Positions 1-13,498 are shown, numbered from the stretch's first letter. The stretch is DNA of 64,000 nt from Octopus sinensis (GCF_006345805.1 NC_043008.1:70618001-70682000); one strand, 5' to 3'. Made by a program: numbers and translations. Notes: a model not told the origin generated them from the letters alone.

Positions 1-147
1 ATAATCCCTTAGTATTTTGGCTCTGATCTATATCCACTCAATTCTTTTGTATAGTTGAAATAAAGATTTAGCTGTCCTAAGGGAGCTACTGCTTCGTTAT
101 GCGGCTTCAAATAATTAAATATCTTAACCGAATAGTTTTATCTCTCA

Positions 148-850
148 TATTTTACATGTTTCACTCATTTGACTGCGGCCATTTGGAGCACAGCCTTCAA
201 GGATGTTGAGTCGTACAAATCGAACCTAGGGCTTATTTTCTTAAAGCCTAGTACTTATTCTGTCTTATTTGCTAAGGTACGAGGACATAAGAATATCAAC
301 ACCGGTTGTCGAGCGGTGATGGGAAGGGAGCACAAACTCTGAGACAAAGACACACACATGCACATATATACTTATATATACATACATACATACATATATA
401 CATACATGCACACACACACGCACACACATATATATATGTATATATATATAAGAGACCAAAGTGTACGTACGCCGCTATATGTACATAAATAAAAATACAA
501 AATGGGACAAGAACGCAAAACATCCAGATAGACGATACAAAGACAAGGACGGGTCATTCGGGGTTTTTATTCCTCAGTCGAGTTACAGATTATCTCTGCA
601 ATTTCGGCTGGTTATACTCGAGATTGCTCCAATCTGGCCAGCTAAGAGCATTAGATTCCTTTGAGCTGGCCAGGTTGGAGCAATCTCGAGCATAACTAGC
701 CGAAATTGCAAAGATAATCTGGAACTCGACTGAGGAATGAAAACTCCGAGTGACCCGACCTCGTTTTCTTTGTATTGTCTATCTGGATGTTTTGTTGTCC
801 CTTTCTTGTATCACCTTACTGTCGGGATGTTTTGCGTTCTTGTCCCATTT

Positions 851-893
<43 letters not shown>

Positions 894-1052
894 GAGGGGC
901 TTCTTTCAGTTTCCGTCTACCAAATCTACTCAGAAGGCTTTGACCGGTCCGAGGCTATTGTGCAAGACAACTACCCAAGGTGCCACACAGTGGGACTGAA
1001 CCCAGAACTCTGTGGTTGAGAGGCAAGCTTCTTACTACACAGCCACGCCTGC
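148..1052 (-). mobile_element. tRNA-derived SINE (family A, CORE-like), split by an insertion in its internal microsatellite
   Basis: 3' half at ~148-360 and 5' half at ~893-1052 are the reverse complement of the full + strand copy at 24333-24745; the fold-back element at 452-854 lies between them. Confidence 0.8.
452..854. mobile_element. Fold-back non-autonomous element in (TA)n
   Basis: Imperfect inverted arms ~496-643 and 664-854 around a 20-nt loop, flanked by (TA)n; degenerate CTGAGGA..CGAA core in the arms. Confidence 0.75.
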
Positions 1053-2567
1053 ATCTTTCGCAAATGATTTTTCGATTCCAGACCTTTTAAGAAAATTATT
1101 GCTATAATACCTGCTGTAACAATAGGTCTTGGATGTTTGATATTTGAATCATTTATATCCTTTACATTGGGGACATCTGAGCCTTTTGTGATTGACCTTA
1201 ATAGCTGTGTAATACGTGAGAATATGAAAAAATGAACAGCTGGAAACAAATTTAACATCAAAATTAACACTAAAATCGAGCCTCTCTTTATGAAAACAAT
1301 ATAACTGACAATCATCTTAGGAATTATTAAAAGAAAAAAATAATAGATATCAAAAGGAAGCGACAATTAAGTAAACATATACACTTACAAATCCAGAGAA
1401 TACAATTTGAAATCTAAAAACTCAGATTTGTATGGTATAAACAATAGTGACCATAACGCAGACCTGCATGATATAAAGCAAGCTGCAAAATTTGCTAGCA
1501 TTACAACTCAAAACGATGTTCTGGACGTGTGTCGTATTCATTCAAGGCAATAAGCATGACTGTAGCATCATATAAAAGAGTATGCCTCTTTGCTTGAGAA
1601 ATTTATTTAAAAACTAGTTGATTGGCTGGTGCCGCAACACTTGTCACATCAGAACTAGAGGAACACAGCCAAAGAAAGGTGATGGTGGCGATGATACTTG
1701 GTTTGCTATCAATTTTGGAGTAGAATACGGCAAGCGGTGAATGCTGAAGGAACAAGAAATGACTTTATACCTCTTCTAAGAAGAAACCTCCAAATGATTT
1801 CTTCTGTAACATGTACAATAGCTGTGCTATCTACGCAAAAGCACCAGTTTTATGACTTTCATCTTTGCGCCCACATCGAAGAACAGTTTCTGGATAGCTA
1901 TGTGGTCATCAGGAGTAATCGAATCTTGTATGTCTATATGAACAGGAAGTTACTGAAAACTAGAGAGAGTCAGAGAAAACATCCTCACTAGATCTAGACG
2001 AAAGGTCACACTCAACATCCTGGAATCCATATAGCGTGAAACAAAGATCAGAACGGTTGTATATAAAACCTCAGCTACAAGAAGTAAGAAAATAGAGCAG
2101 ACGAATCTGGGGCACCAAACACATCGACATAAGATAAATGCATAGAACAGTAGAACTGAGATTTTCTACAGAGGATGAGGCAAGGGAACAAACATAAAAA
2201 CACTAAGGAGTGATAAACTGCTCCTCATCCCTATCTTCCTTGACCGTAGTTAAAATAAAACGAGCCAGCATACAATCAGAAATAAACATCTGCTGGTTGG
2301 TGGCATCTCTCCTTTTTGACATAGAAGGAAACAAACGATATTCTAAAAGTTCAGAGTTTGCAGACACAAAATTGGTCAGCTGAAGCGATGGAGCTATTGA
2401 ACCAAACAGATCATCAAAGCATGAAATTCACCGCAACTGATCAATCTGTTAGATGAGACAAAACTACAGGCGGATGCTGAAAGCAGAAGGCCGAGATGTT
2501 AAAGCCACTTCAAGTCTTTCTGTCCACAACAAAGAAGGAAAGTAGAAAGACAACCAATTTTATCGAC

Positions 2568-2800
2568 ATCACCACCATCACCATACCACCAACATCACCA
2601 CCACCACCACCACCACCACCACCACCACCGCCGCCGCCGCTGCCACCACCTCCACCACCGCTACCGCTACCGCCGCCGCCGCCACCACCGCCGCTGCAGC
2701 CGCCGCCGCCGCCACCACCACCACCACCACCACCAACACCAACACCACTGCCACCGCCACCGCCACCACCACCACCACCACTACAACAACTACAATAACA
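2568..2800. repeat. (CCA/CCG)n trinucleotide repeat
   Basis: Direct inspection; explains the poly-Pro and poly-Val ORFs. Confidence 0.95.
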
Positions 2801-3482
2801 ACAGCGACACTAGCAGCAGAATCAGCAGCAGAACCATGAGTGGCATATTACCAAAGAAAAGCATGAATGAAAGCAAAGAGTAGATGCAGTAATAGCGAAA
2901 ACAGTGGTAACTGCACAGCGACAGTGACTTCGACGCGTAGAGCAGCAGCAACAGCAGCGGCAGCAGCAGGGAAGGGAACAGCAACTAAAACAACAGAAAA
3001 CACAGAACTATCACGGGCCCCAAAATCACACAGCAGCAGGAAAATCCAAATAAACAACATCAACGAAACATTACCACAAAACTTTCTAAGACATATCCTT
3101 CTCCTTTTTCGACTCACACTCCACAGGCATGTTGCATGGAGAAGGTATCAAGGAGTACACAAAATGGAAAAAATAGTAACAAAGGGTAAAAAATGAAACC
3201 GTATGCCAGCAAAAAGAAAGACAAAAAAAGTAGCTGGGAGATATGAACAAATTGGGGAAGGTGTCTTTAAGCACCAATGACCAAATACCGTACTCAACAG
3301 CAGCGACATCAGTACTACCATCACCATCACCATCACTACTATCACAGGCACCATCATCACAACCACAAACATACGTACCAGCATTCCAAACGCACCCCAC
3401 AACACGAAGAAAAAGTCTTTAACTACATAGCTTTATTACTAATTTTAAATCTCACGACGTGAGATATTCAGCAGCAGTACTT

Positions 3483-3830
3483 TGTAGTAAAGATTGTCTG
3501 ACGACATAACATGGCAGTCCTGGTATAGGACTATTGTTGCTGTAATTTAACTCCAGGAGACATCGTTTCCAGCAGGCTATACGACACGATCTGTGTCCTT
3601 ATGTTTTCGAACAATTATTCCGTGCTGATGAAGAGAAATAACCCAGAAATCGCGATACACAGATATTGTTTTGAGCTGAGTGGTGATGCTAGATTCCCTT
3701 GTTTGAAAATATAAGGACAAAGACCGTGTCGTAGAGTCAGCTGGAGACGATGTCTCCAGGGGCTAAATGACAGCAACATTAGTCCTAAACCAGGACTGCC
3801 ATGTTATGTTGGCAAACAATTTTTACTACA
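3483..3830. mobile_element. MITE-like fold-back element with an HHR-like motif in its spacer
   Basis: Inverted arms 3483-3613 and 3700-3830 (tgtagtaaa...tttactaca). Confidence 0.8.
3622..3660 (+). ncRNA. Minimal type I hammerhead ribozyme-like motif (stem II degenerate)
   Basis: gtg-CTGATGA-agagaaataaccca-GAAA-tcgcg-ATA-cac; stem I gtg/cac, palindromic stem III ATCGCGAT. Confidence 0.55.
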
Positions 3831-4849
3831 TAGCCTTAAGCAAAAACAAAAACGAAGTAGTTGGTTACATTCGCCAAAACACAAGCATCATGCACAATAA
3901 CTACATCAACTCGCCCATTAGCAGTCTGCCACACATAAAATTTCACTCCAATTACACAATACGCACAGAACCCAATGAAGAGCCTTCAGTAAGTGATCAT
4001 TTCCTCAACCCGCCTTGTAGCTGTGCTCAGAATAGACAACGTGAATGCACGTCAACTTGCAGTCACCTTTTAAGCAGGACCATCTGTTCAACGATTTCAG
4101 GTCACTAGATATAGATATAGAAGTGAGGGTGGAGAGGGAAGTGCTGCCTTTCCAACAATTTTATTGAAATGTGGGCGAATGCGGAAAGAATAGACAAGGT
4201 GAATGGGCCTACTCTAAGCACGCTAATAAACTGAAGGGACAGGAAGAACCAAGAGCACTTGTACTAGTAGTCGAGGTAATTGCAGTCCTATGAGGTCTCT
4301 CTCTTTTGGGGAAATTATCTATTGTTGAAATTATTATTCTTGTTAATTTCTTTTAGAAACTCTTTTATGTAATTCCACATTATATGCCCTGTATGTCTTT
4401 ATCTACTTCTATTCGTTTCATATTTTCTAGTGATAGCCATGTAAGGGTTTTTCTTGCCATCGTTTTATCATAGAATTCTTTAGTCCCGATTTAAGTTTAG
4501 AATTAGCTGTTTGATTGCATCTGTTGTTGTTGTTGTTGTTGTCGTTGTCGTTTATCAGTTAAAAGAAATTCTTTATCTTATACTCTTAGATCTTATGTAC
4601 TCATGTGAATGACTTTCTGTTTTAAACTAGGTTTTCTCCTTAATTCTTTTACTGCATTATGTTGAATACCTTTGTTTTGGTTAATTCGACTTAGTAAATT
4701 TCTCAATGAAAAACCACTCAAAAAAAAGAAAAAAAAAATTAAGTATGGCGTTTTCCTCGCTAATAATGGAAGGAGACTGGTGATTGTTGTACACATCTTC
4801 AGTGCATAGTGGAATGGAAACACATTTCTTTACATAAAGAAAAAAATCT

Positions 4850-5200
4850 TATTTGAAATAAAAAAAAAAGTCAAGAATTCGTGTTTTGTAAAAATAAGTA
4901 AAAAAGAAAGAAAGGAATCTTTAAGAAACGTGAAGTGATGACATTAACTCTATGTACAATAACATAAATGTTATCACTGTGGATATCAACAATGTCGTCA
5001 TGAATCAGTGATGACAGCTTGGTGGACGGTGATATGAATAGCAACAATAGGAATGCGGCTGCTGTCGGAATACAAGCTCCTTTGCTAGTGTAATTGTGAA
5101 CTCGAAAGAACCAGATTTGACAAGGAAGAAGAGGGTTAATAAGTCGATATGTCAAGTAAGATCATAATTTTTAGTCAGAATATTTTGTTGAAGAGAGTGA
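4850..5200 (-). mobile_element. Possible heavily decayed non-LTR RT remnant
   Basis: Minus-strand TYRLINPLL..QIWFFR resembles RT YRPIxLL/QxGFR; no other motif is clearly recognisable. Confidence 0.25.
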
Positions 5201-7499
5201 CTAAAGGAAACAGCGACGTATCTGCTTCTCCCTGAAAAAATAACCGGGTTTTGAAACTTGAATATGAAAAAGAAAGGCTTTATTCTATGTGTGACAAGGA
5301 GCTTATACGTCGGAAGAGTCTTGAGTTATCCGAAAGATATGACTAATGCTAAAAATAGGGGAGGAGGAGGTGGTTATGATGTAGTCAGCTTTCATATGGT
5401 GCAAGCTGAAGTATTAGTAGCTGCTACAGTATGCTAGGCGTTGATATGGGAAAGTAAGGGTCGCGTATAAGAGCGAAGAACTAGATACATAGCTGTGATG
5501 ACTTTTGCGAATCTGCGAGAAAGAAAATTTATGAAATGATTTGGAAAGGTGAGTATGGGGTAGGATCGATCTCGTAACCTTAATGACATCCGAGTGCCAG
5601 AAAGTAATCCTGGAAATATATCCGATCTTTAAATTGGTCAAGAAAGGAAAAGAAAGGAAAACTGCTATATTTCCTGAAGAAAAACATCATCTGAAAGCAT
5701 TTTATACTGGTGAAACGTAGACGAAACAGCATGCATTAACAGTCGAAACAACAGCAGGTCCATAGGGTACAAAGGAAATGAAACAGAGAAATGCTGCTGC
5801 CAAAACAATATATTTCCAGGAAAACAATAGACAAAATGAAGTCACTTTCTCATTATAAGTAGTATCAATGATCGCGGAATGCGTCATCCAAATGCGTGGA
5901 AAGGTTTCCGTCTTCAGAATTGAAGTAACTCTTCTTCGGTCATCTCTGTGTTGGAGTGAAGATATTTCTAGGCAATCCCTGTAGTCCATCGTCTTGCAAC
6001 TCGAGAAAAGATAGGTAAACTGAGGAAGCGGTAACAGGGACACTAATTAACAAAGACAATCTCCTGAAAGCTTGTGACAAAACACTTAGAGAAGCAAGTA
6101 TTCTAGCCAGCAGCATTGCTGTCCCTCATAGGATCGGTGGTTGGGTTATGGAGTGTGGGCTTCGGGTTGGAACATAATTATAGGAAAATGGCCAGGCAGA
6201 CGTAAAAATTAGGTCGAGAAGTTATCACAAAGGCAGGTAAGTGAATGTGTTGATTGCATCCGTTATTTACTGTCACTTGACAGTCGTACCTTGCACAAGG
6301 CTGCATCCGTCAAAATTGAAGTATTTGTTCTTAAAACCCTTATTTTGGTACGGTTAGGTTCCCTTAATGACATGTTCCAGTTATCGCTAATACTTTCACA
6401 TGGAAGATTCGGCATGTCATGAAGGATCATACGTCTGCATGTTCTGTGACTGTCATACTTGTAGAATGTTTTAAACAGGAACAGGTGTATTCACTGCCTA
6501 TGAAATAGGCCCTTCCACAGATCGTGTCTTTGATGGAGCTGCTGTACAATGTCAAATGAAGCCCAAAATTGGACTTCTGTTAACTGGAATAATTTGAACC
6601 AGTCACAGCCTTTACTACTCGAAAATGCTGTCGTTGAAACTGCCACACTAACGTTATTTGGGGGATTAGATGTAAATAAGTGAGGCACTGTTATGGGGAG
6701 ATCCTGGAATATGAGAAATTGAGTACTTTATATCGAAGATATTAAGTTGGAGATGTGGGCAACTTAACTAGCCTGGAAATGTTACCGGAGAGCATTGCTA
6801 TTTAGAAATGTGCTCTACAGGCAATGATGTGCAACCTGTCGTATATTTCCAAGATAGGTAGCGAGCAGCGAAGCCAGAAACTACTGTTAGCATTTGGAAT
6901 GTCAGTGTGGGACGTTAAAAGAGTAACAGATAGAAGTAAAGAAAGAAAAAGAGAGAAAACAGAAAAGAATACTAAAAAAGTGACGTAGAAAAGAGGTAAG
7001 ATTAAGACAGAAAATAACACCCAGAATAAAATTGGAAATGTGGGTGTATCAGTGATGAGTTTAACTATTCGTAAGAAAGTAAGAAAGAATAATTTAAGAG
7101 ATTAAAGGTTCAGCATTTATAAATATTTAAGTAAGTTTTGTATCGATGATGTATTGGATTGATAGATGAAGGTGGAATTGGTGTGGACAAAAGGAGACAT
7201 AAAATGTTATAGGTGCTGTAGTAAGTTGATCTAAGGAAGGCCTTTATAACGGTTAATTTAGAAAATGACAGCCGACAGGGAATGAAAATAATTGAAATAT
7301 TAGTTTGGTGTTATAATGTAAAAGGTTATTGTAAAGTATATTGTGAGAGAGCTGAGCCAATTTGAAATCCTATGAAAATTTAAGAAAATATTTGCTTGCA
7401 GAACTTCATAACTATGAGTGAGACACGAAAAGCAATTATATGAATTATTATTTATGTATTTGTTTTGCAAAATTACTGATGTGAAATCGTGTGTTGAAA

Positions 7500-7770
7500 C
7501 AGATATTGTTATATTTCGGTTCGGTCACTTTTTTGCCAAATAAACACACGCACTATATATTCGTTCTTCACTTTAGTTTTATTATTGCTCTTATTTTATT
7601 GTCTTTTGTTTAAAATTTTTCGTCTCACATCCTATGACCCCTTCAGCACTTCTCCATCTTACGTGTCTCCTCCTGTTCTGTTTAGTCCATAGACACGCGA
7701 GAAGAAAGAATATACAGTGCGCGTATTTATTTGGGAAAAATTACTATCCTGAAATATCGCAATATATGAT
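7500..7770. mobile_element. Decayed fold-back element related to the 43.8 kb element
   Basis: Inverted segments ~7505-7570 and ~7700-7765; the centre (tttcgtctcacatcctatgaccccttcag) matches 43783-43811. Confidence 0.5.
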
Positions 7771-9259
7771 GTAACCTAATATGTAAAAACATAGTTACTT
7801 TAATTAATTAATTGACAATAGAGTATTTTATCTTTCTAAAAAGTAACTAGTAAATAAATGTATTACAAGGTATTGGTTTAACGACTAACATGATAACTTT
7901 TGTAACATCAAACAGACACTTCCAGAAAACCAGACAGCAGTGCATACCTTACTTTGTCAAATATATTTGGAAATATGAAAGATAAATAACATTCATTTCA
8001 ACTACTTTGAACAAAAATTCTGAATTTACATAATTCTGTAAGCACATACATATATTTCCCCCAAGATACTATAACATACTACATCATTATCTGTCTATGT
8101 TGAATATATTCTTTTATAAGAATATACACAGTAATGTTATTCTCATTGTTCCAGCCATTATTATATACTTTCTACATTTTCATAAGTTTCTCTAATTAAG
8201 TTCTTCAGTCGTATGCAATACTTCACAGTTTTCCTTTACATACCTCCTCAACACAACATGTAATTTTATTATTCATTATATTTCTACAACTCCATTTTTC
8301 TGTACCGATGTCGTTTTTTCACGACTGACTGCTATTTGCAAACAAACAGCTATTTAAGCCCTCTTTAAAACAACTAACCCTTTACCAAAGAAAAATTGCC
8401 TACGTTTTCCTTTCTACCCAAGTCCACACTATTTATTTTTCAATCAGAAACATTGTTGACACAGAGATGTTTTAAATCTAAAGATATGTAACATCTTTAA
8501 TATTCGCAAATTATTATCTTTTCCTTTTTTCCTGTAGCTAAAACCACGATTTATACCACCGTTGCCTCTTTATTAATATTATTTGTGTTTCTCTCCCATT
8601 TCTTTTTCTCATATTCTTCTTTCTGCCTTTTTTATCTTTTTCTCTGTCTTTCATTCTATCCTTTATACACCTGCTGTGCAACACTTTTCATAAAAAAACG
8701 TCTTTACAAACCTTAATACTATCCATTCCAATAACCAATCGTATTACGTATTTACTTTCAAATAATTTTTGATCCCTAAGGCAACACAGATTGTATGTAC
8801 GTTGTATGCATGTTCTGTGGTAAATCGCTTTCGCTCGATGAGGCGAACTACGAAATACAGATTCCCGTTATTGAAGATTCAGCTTATATTAAATTTTATA
8901 TTACTTGATTGAATATTTTCTTTTCGTGTTTGTATGCATTACTGTGCATCTAATCATATTACTGTATCAACCTTGTAATAATAGAACATTCTATACAAAT
9001 TGATCATCACAGCTGAATCATGTACATTCACCAGTTGAACTTTTTGAAAAACACATTTCTATTACTATGACAAAAATATTTTACGGAATGTCACAACGCT
9101 ATATTGTACTGCTGAATGTAGTCATAGAGTCTTAGCTAAAAAAATTAATGTAGATATCGTATATTTATAAATAACATTTTCACTAACAGTAAAAGAGAAA
9201 TTATCCGGACAAGTTTCAATTCTTGAGTTTGGATTTCCTCAGAGTCTGAGTACTAGTCT

Positions 9260-9556
9260 GAACTGATTATGCAATCTCGTTCTCTATGCGTTACAACGAC
9301 AAGTGTCCCGGCTGATACGTTCAACCAAAGAGCCTGTTCGTGAAATTAATGTGAGCACTTCACAGGTATGCGAACTCTTAACATAGCTCTCAGGGAGATT
9401 CAGCGTTACAAGGCTGGCCCTTAGAATTACAGATACAAATAATTTTTGTTAGCTGAGTGGAATGGAGTAACGAGAAAGGAAACAATGAGACGCTGATAAT
9501 CGAACTCACAATCATAAGGTTGTGAATACCCTAGACACGAAGACACGCGCCTTCTG
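9260..9556 (-). mobile_element. Decayed tRNA-derived SINE (third family)
   Basis: Minus-strand tRNA-like head with a B-box-like gagttcgatt at ~9495-9555. Confidence 0.5.
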
Positions 9557-9614
9557 ACTATGGAAGGCACTGCTTATAAAAGCATAATAGTATTATGAGC
9601 CTAAGGATGTCAGA

Positions 9615-9660
9615 TGTATGTATGTATGTATGTATGTATGTATGTATGTATGTATGTATG

Positions 9661-9740
<80 letters not shown>

Positions 9741-9742
9741 AT
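9615..9742. repeat. (ATGT)n + (ATCT)n compound microsatellite
   Basis: Direct inspection. Confidence 0.95.
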
Positions 9743-9759
9743 CTTTTATTTTTCTATTT

Positions 9760-9960
9760 TGTACTTGTTTCAGTCAGTGGACTACGCCATGCTGGGGCAC
9801 CGTCTTGACGGCTTTAACCAAACAAATCGACCTCAATCGGTTTTTTTAAAGCCTCGTATTTATTCTATTCTTTTCTTACTGCTGAACCGCTAAGTTACGG
9901 AGGCTCAAAGATGCCAACGGCGATTGTCAAGCAGTAGTGTGAACATGCCTCCCCCCCACA
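9760..9960 (-). mobile_element. SINE family A, 3' half
   Basis: Matches the reverse complement of 24540-24720. Confidence 0.75.
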
Positions 9961-10125
9961 CGCACATACACACAGATACACACACACAAATACGAATATA
10001 AGATCCAGGGACCGAGGGGGAAGAAAGTTAGCTTCCAGAAATCCGTAGTAAATATGAAAAGCAACTATGAAACATATGTAGTATGGATTTATCTACTACA
10101 TTGCTTAACTACTGTATATATATAT

Positions 10126-10174
<49 letters not shown>

Positions 10175-10269
10175 ATGTCTATCTATCTATCTATCTATCT
10201 ATCGATCTATCTATCTATCTATATATATATAATATATATGTATATATATATATATAATATATATATGTA

Positions 10270-11292
10270 CTAGCATTAAAGACCCGTCGTTGCCGGGTCA
10301 TAGTGCTAGTGCATGTATATATGTGTATATATATGTGTACGTATTACATGTACATCTATATATATACATCTACGCATAAAATACAAAATACAAAGTTATA
10401 TCTTGATATCGCTAGTGATAACAATACTCAAAATATATAACAGACTGGAATTGTAAGCCCGTCTCTTGTAATTTCGATCAATTGTACATTGTCCTTCTTC
10501 TTGTATAGAAGTGTGGCTACAATCCAGCCTACCTCTATTTCGGGGGGTGGGGGTGGGTATTTTAAATATTTTCCGGGACGTCCTACGTCCCAGATATAAA
10601 GGTAAAAATAAAATATTTCCACTTTGCAAGTTCGAGTCCAGTACTCCCTTGCACGCTCCGTTGACTCGAACCTTGCTTCTATTGCGGCAAATTTACCGCC
10701 TCTGATTAAATACCTTTCATAGTCGCACCAAGACACTTTTCGAAGGTGCTTTCCTCCATGTGTTCAGATTTTTTTTCTCTACATTGTATACTTTATAGTT
10801 AATAGTTTTTTCTTTAATTTAATTTTTTATTATCCATCTGGACTATTCCATTTCAGCACGCTAATTTTATTTTTTAATTTATTCCCATTCATGTGAAACC
10901 ACTTATTCAAGTTCAAATCATTGATGCAATTTTATACCAATTGCTATTTTTACTTTTGTCATGTTACTTTAGTTTGATTTTAATTATTACTTACTACATA
11001 TAATTCAATTGTTATTATTTTCATTGTTAAAGTGAAAGTATGTGACATAAAATAGAGAAACGTTTTTGTTTCACTTTTAACACGTAATACTGAAATAGTG
11101 GAGAAGATATGATATTGCTATGGGCTCGCTCTTGGCAAGAAGTTGAACATTTTTGCTCATGACACTCCCCGGACCCCAAGTAAGGCATGTGTAAAATTTG
11201 AATGAAATTGGTTGTGTAGTTCTCAAGTTTTAGGGAAACACACAGACAGACAGACAGACAGACACACATTCTCAGTTTTTTATATATAAAGA
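10270..11292 (-). mobile_element. Non-autonomous Helitron
   Basis: Minus strand starts TCtttatatataaaa followed by (GTCT)n, and ends with the hairpin gacccg-gcaacga-cgggtc then CTAG; inserted between A and T in a TA tract. Confidence 0.75.
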
Positions 11293-11327
11293 TATATATA
11301 TATATATTATATATATATATATATATG

Positions 11328-11374
<47 letters not shown>

Positions 11375-11643
11375 ATATATATATGTGTGTGTGTGTGTGT
11401 ATATATATTACTTCCGTCTTGTCTGTTTTCGTATTTTCCTTCATTCCATCATCCTATTTTAGCTTGTTATGCAATGTGGCCAGAGCCTGAGAATTGCATG
11501 AAGGTACCAGACAGGCATGTTATGAAATGCGTTGTTTTTCATCGAATGGAACAATTAGTAGCCCATAAAAATATATACAGTATTTATTAAATAATATTTA
11601 TCTCTCATCAAAGAGAATACTTTTTTGTTGATCTTATCATCAC

Positions 11644-11708
<65 letters not shown>

Positions 11709-11784
11709 GCACACACACACGCGCACACACTTATATATATAGTTCTTCAGATGCAAGGAGAATTTTAAAGCAGTGAAATAATCT

Positions 11785-11976
11785 TTTCTACTCTAGGCAC
11801 TAGGCCCGAAGTTTTCGAAGAGGGGGCCAGTCGATTAGATCGATCCCAGTATGCAACTCGAAAGGATGAAAGGCAAAATCGACTTCGTCGGAATTTCAAC
11901 ACTGAACATAAAGACAGACGAAATACTGCTAAGCATTTCGCCCGGCATGCTGATGTTTCTACCAGCTCGCCGCCTT
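11785..11976 (-). mobile_element. tRNA-derived SINE family B (Nin/Deu-like central domain)
   Basis: Minus-strand head aaggcggcgagctgg... and core ttttgcctttcatcctttcg; other copies at 23.8, 26.8-27.2 and 32.0-32.6 kb. Confidence 0.75.
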
Positions 11977-12479
11977 AAAAGTGAAAATAATGTAAACGAA
12001 TACGGGGAGGGGAAAAGTACGAAACTCCTATGTGCCGGTGCTAGCTCCGGTTTGCCATATATGGTATCGGTTAAAAATCCATCCAACATGACGTTATTGT
12101 ACATATAGAATGAATGGAGATTATACTATCTAGTAAGACTGTTACACCAGGGACATCACGTGAAGCATTAAATTAAAGTGAAAGAAAGCTTAGAAGATTC
12201 TCTGATCTTTTTTATCCTTTGCCAGGGTGAATGTGAGAACCGTGCTATTAGCTAATCTTAAAATAGATAGGAGAGGATCCCAATCAACAACTTTATCTCA
12301 CTCACTGTAATTTTTTCTACTTTGAAGTAAAATTACTCTTTATATATTTTCTTCTACCATAGAGCTATGCCTTAGAAATTTTAACCAAAATAACTTAGGC
12401 AAGAAATTAATTATTAGTGGGTTCTCTTCAAAAATGAAGTGCTAGTAGAGACCAACATGACGTGGTCTTACGTCTTAAT

Positions 12480-12615
12480 ATGTTTAAAAGGACAGAGCCA
12501 AGGAACTTTAACATTCCAGTTATTGGACTGTCAGGAAATAAGGAAAAGGACCTCACTGGTGTTGGCAAGTCATGTCTATGCAATCACTTTATGTCACCTT
12601 TATCCAGATTACTAT
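12480..12615 (+). pseudogene. ARHGAP35: p190 RhoGAP (ARHGAP35/ARHGAP5-like) N-terminal fragment
   Basis: MFKRTEPRNFNIPVIGLSGNKEKDLTGVGKSCLCNHF matches the p190 N-terminal GTPase-like motif (NIxVVGLSGxEKxKGxxGxGKSCLCNRF); it runs into a microsatellite/SINE with no splice donor seen. Confidence 0.75.
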
Positions 12616-12794
12616 ATACACATACATACATACAAACACTCACACTACACACACATATATATGTATGTACTTATGTGTACACACTCACACACATATATAT
12701 GTATGTACTTATGTGTACACACTCACACACATATATATGTATGTATTTATGTGTATACACACACACATATATGTGTGTATGTATGTATATATAT

Positions 12795-12940
12795 GCTTCT
12801 TTCAATTTCCGTCTACGAAATCCTCTCCAAAGGTTTTGATCCGCCCGGGGCTGTAATAGAAGATACATGCCCAAGGTGCCTCGTAGTGGGACTGAACCCG
12901 GAAGCATGTGGTTGAGGAGTAAATTTCTTACCTCACATCC
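12795..12940 (-). mobile_element. SINE family A, 5' half
   Basis: Reverse complement of 24345-24495. Confidence 0.75.
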
Positions 12941-13099
12941 ACAAGATACGATAAAGTTCAACAATCTTTAAAATACAAACTAAAATCTTTCAACAAATCT
13001 ACAACACTTTTGTATAAACAAAACGGAATATATCTGAAATCCGGTCCTTTACCTTTGTGACTTTCTATTGGACGGTTTGTATGTTCCTTTATTCTTTAT

Positions 13100-13314
13100 T
13101 CTTTTACTTGATTCAGTCATTTGATTGTGGCCATGCTGGGACACCGCCTTGAAGGGTTTTAGTTGAACAAATCGACCCATGACTTATTTTTTTAAAACCT
13201 GGTAGTTATTCTATCGGTTCTCTTTTGCCAAACCGCTAAGTTACGAGGACGTAAACGCATCAAAACCGGTCGGCAAGCGGTGGTGGGGAACAAACACAGG
13301 CATAAAGTATACTT

Positions 13315-13347
<33 letters not shown>

Positions 13348-13495
13348 AAACGGGCTTCTTTCAGTTTCTGTTTGGTCACAAGGCTTTGGCAAGTCAGAGG
13401 CTATAATATAAGACACTTGCCCAAGTTACGACGCATTGGGACTGAAACTCGAGCCGTGTGGTTGTGAAGCAAGGTTCTTGCCACACAGACAGGCT
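13100..13495 (-). mobile_element. SINE family A, near full length
   Basis: Head, internal (CA/TA)n and tail all present. Confidence 0.8.
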
Positions 13496-13498
13496 TCT

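Noticed and set aside
1050-2520. Possible decayed LINE 5' regions
   Set aside because: Coding-like composition but no diagnostic motif I can defend.
2496-2798. Poly-proline ORF (formin/extensin-like)
   Set aside because: Translation of a (CCA/CCG)n repeat; no splice context or domain.
8832-8860. HHR-like tcgatgaggcgaactacgaaa
   Set aside because: No stem II pairing or flanking helices.
10428-10736. 102-aa ORF inside the Helitron as captured gene or Rep/helicase
   Set aside because: No recognisable motifs.
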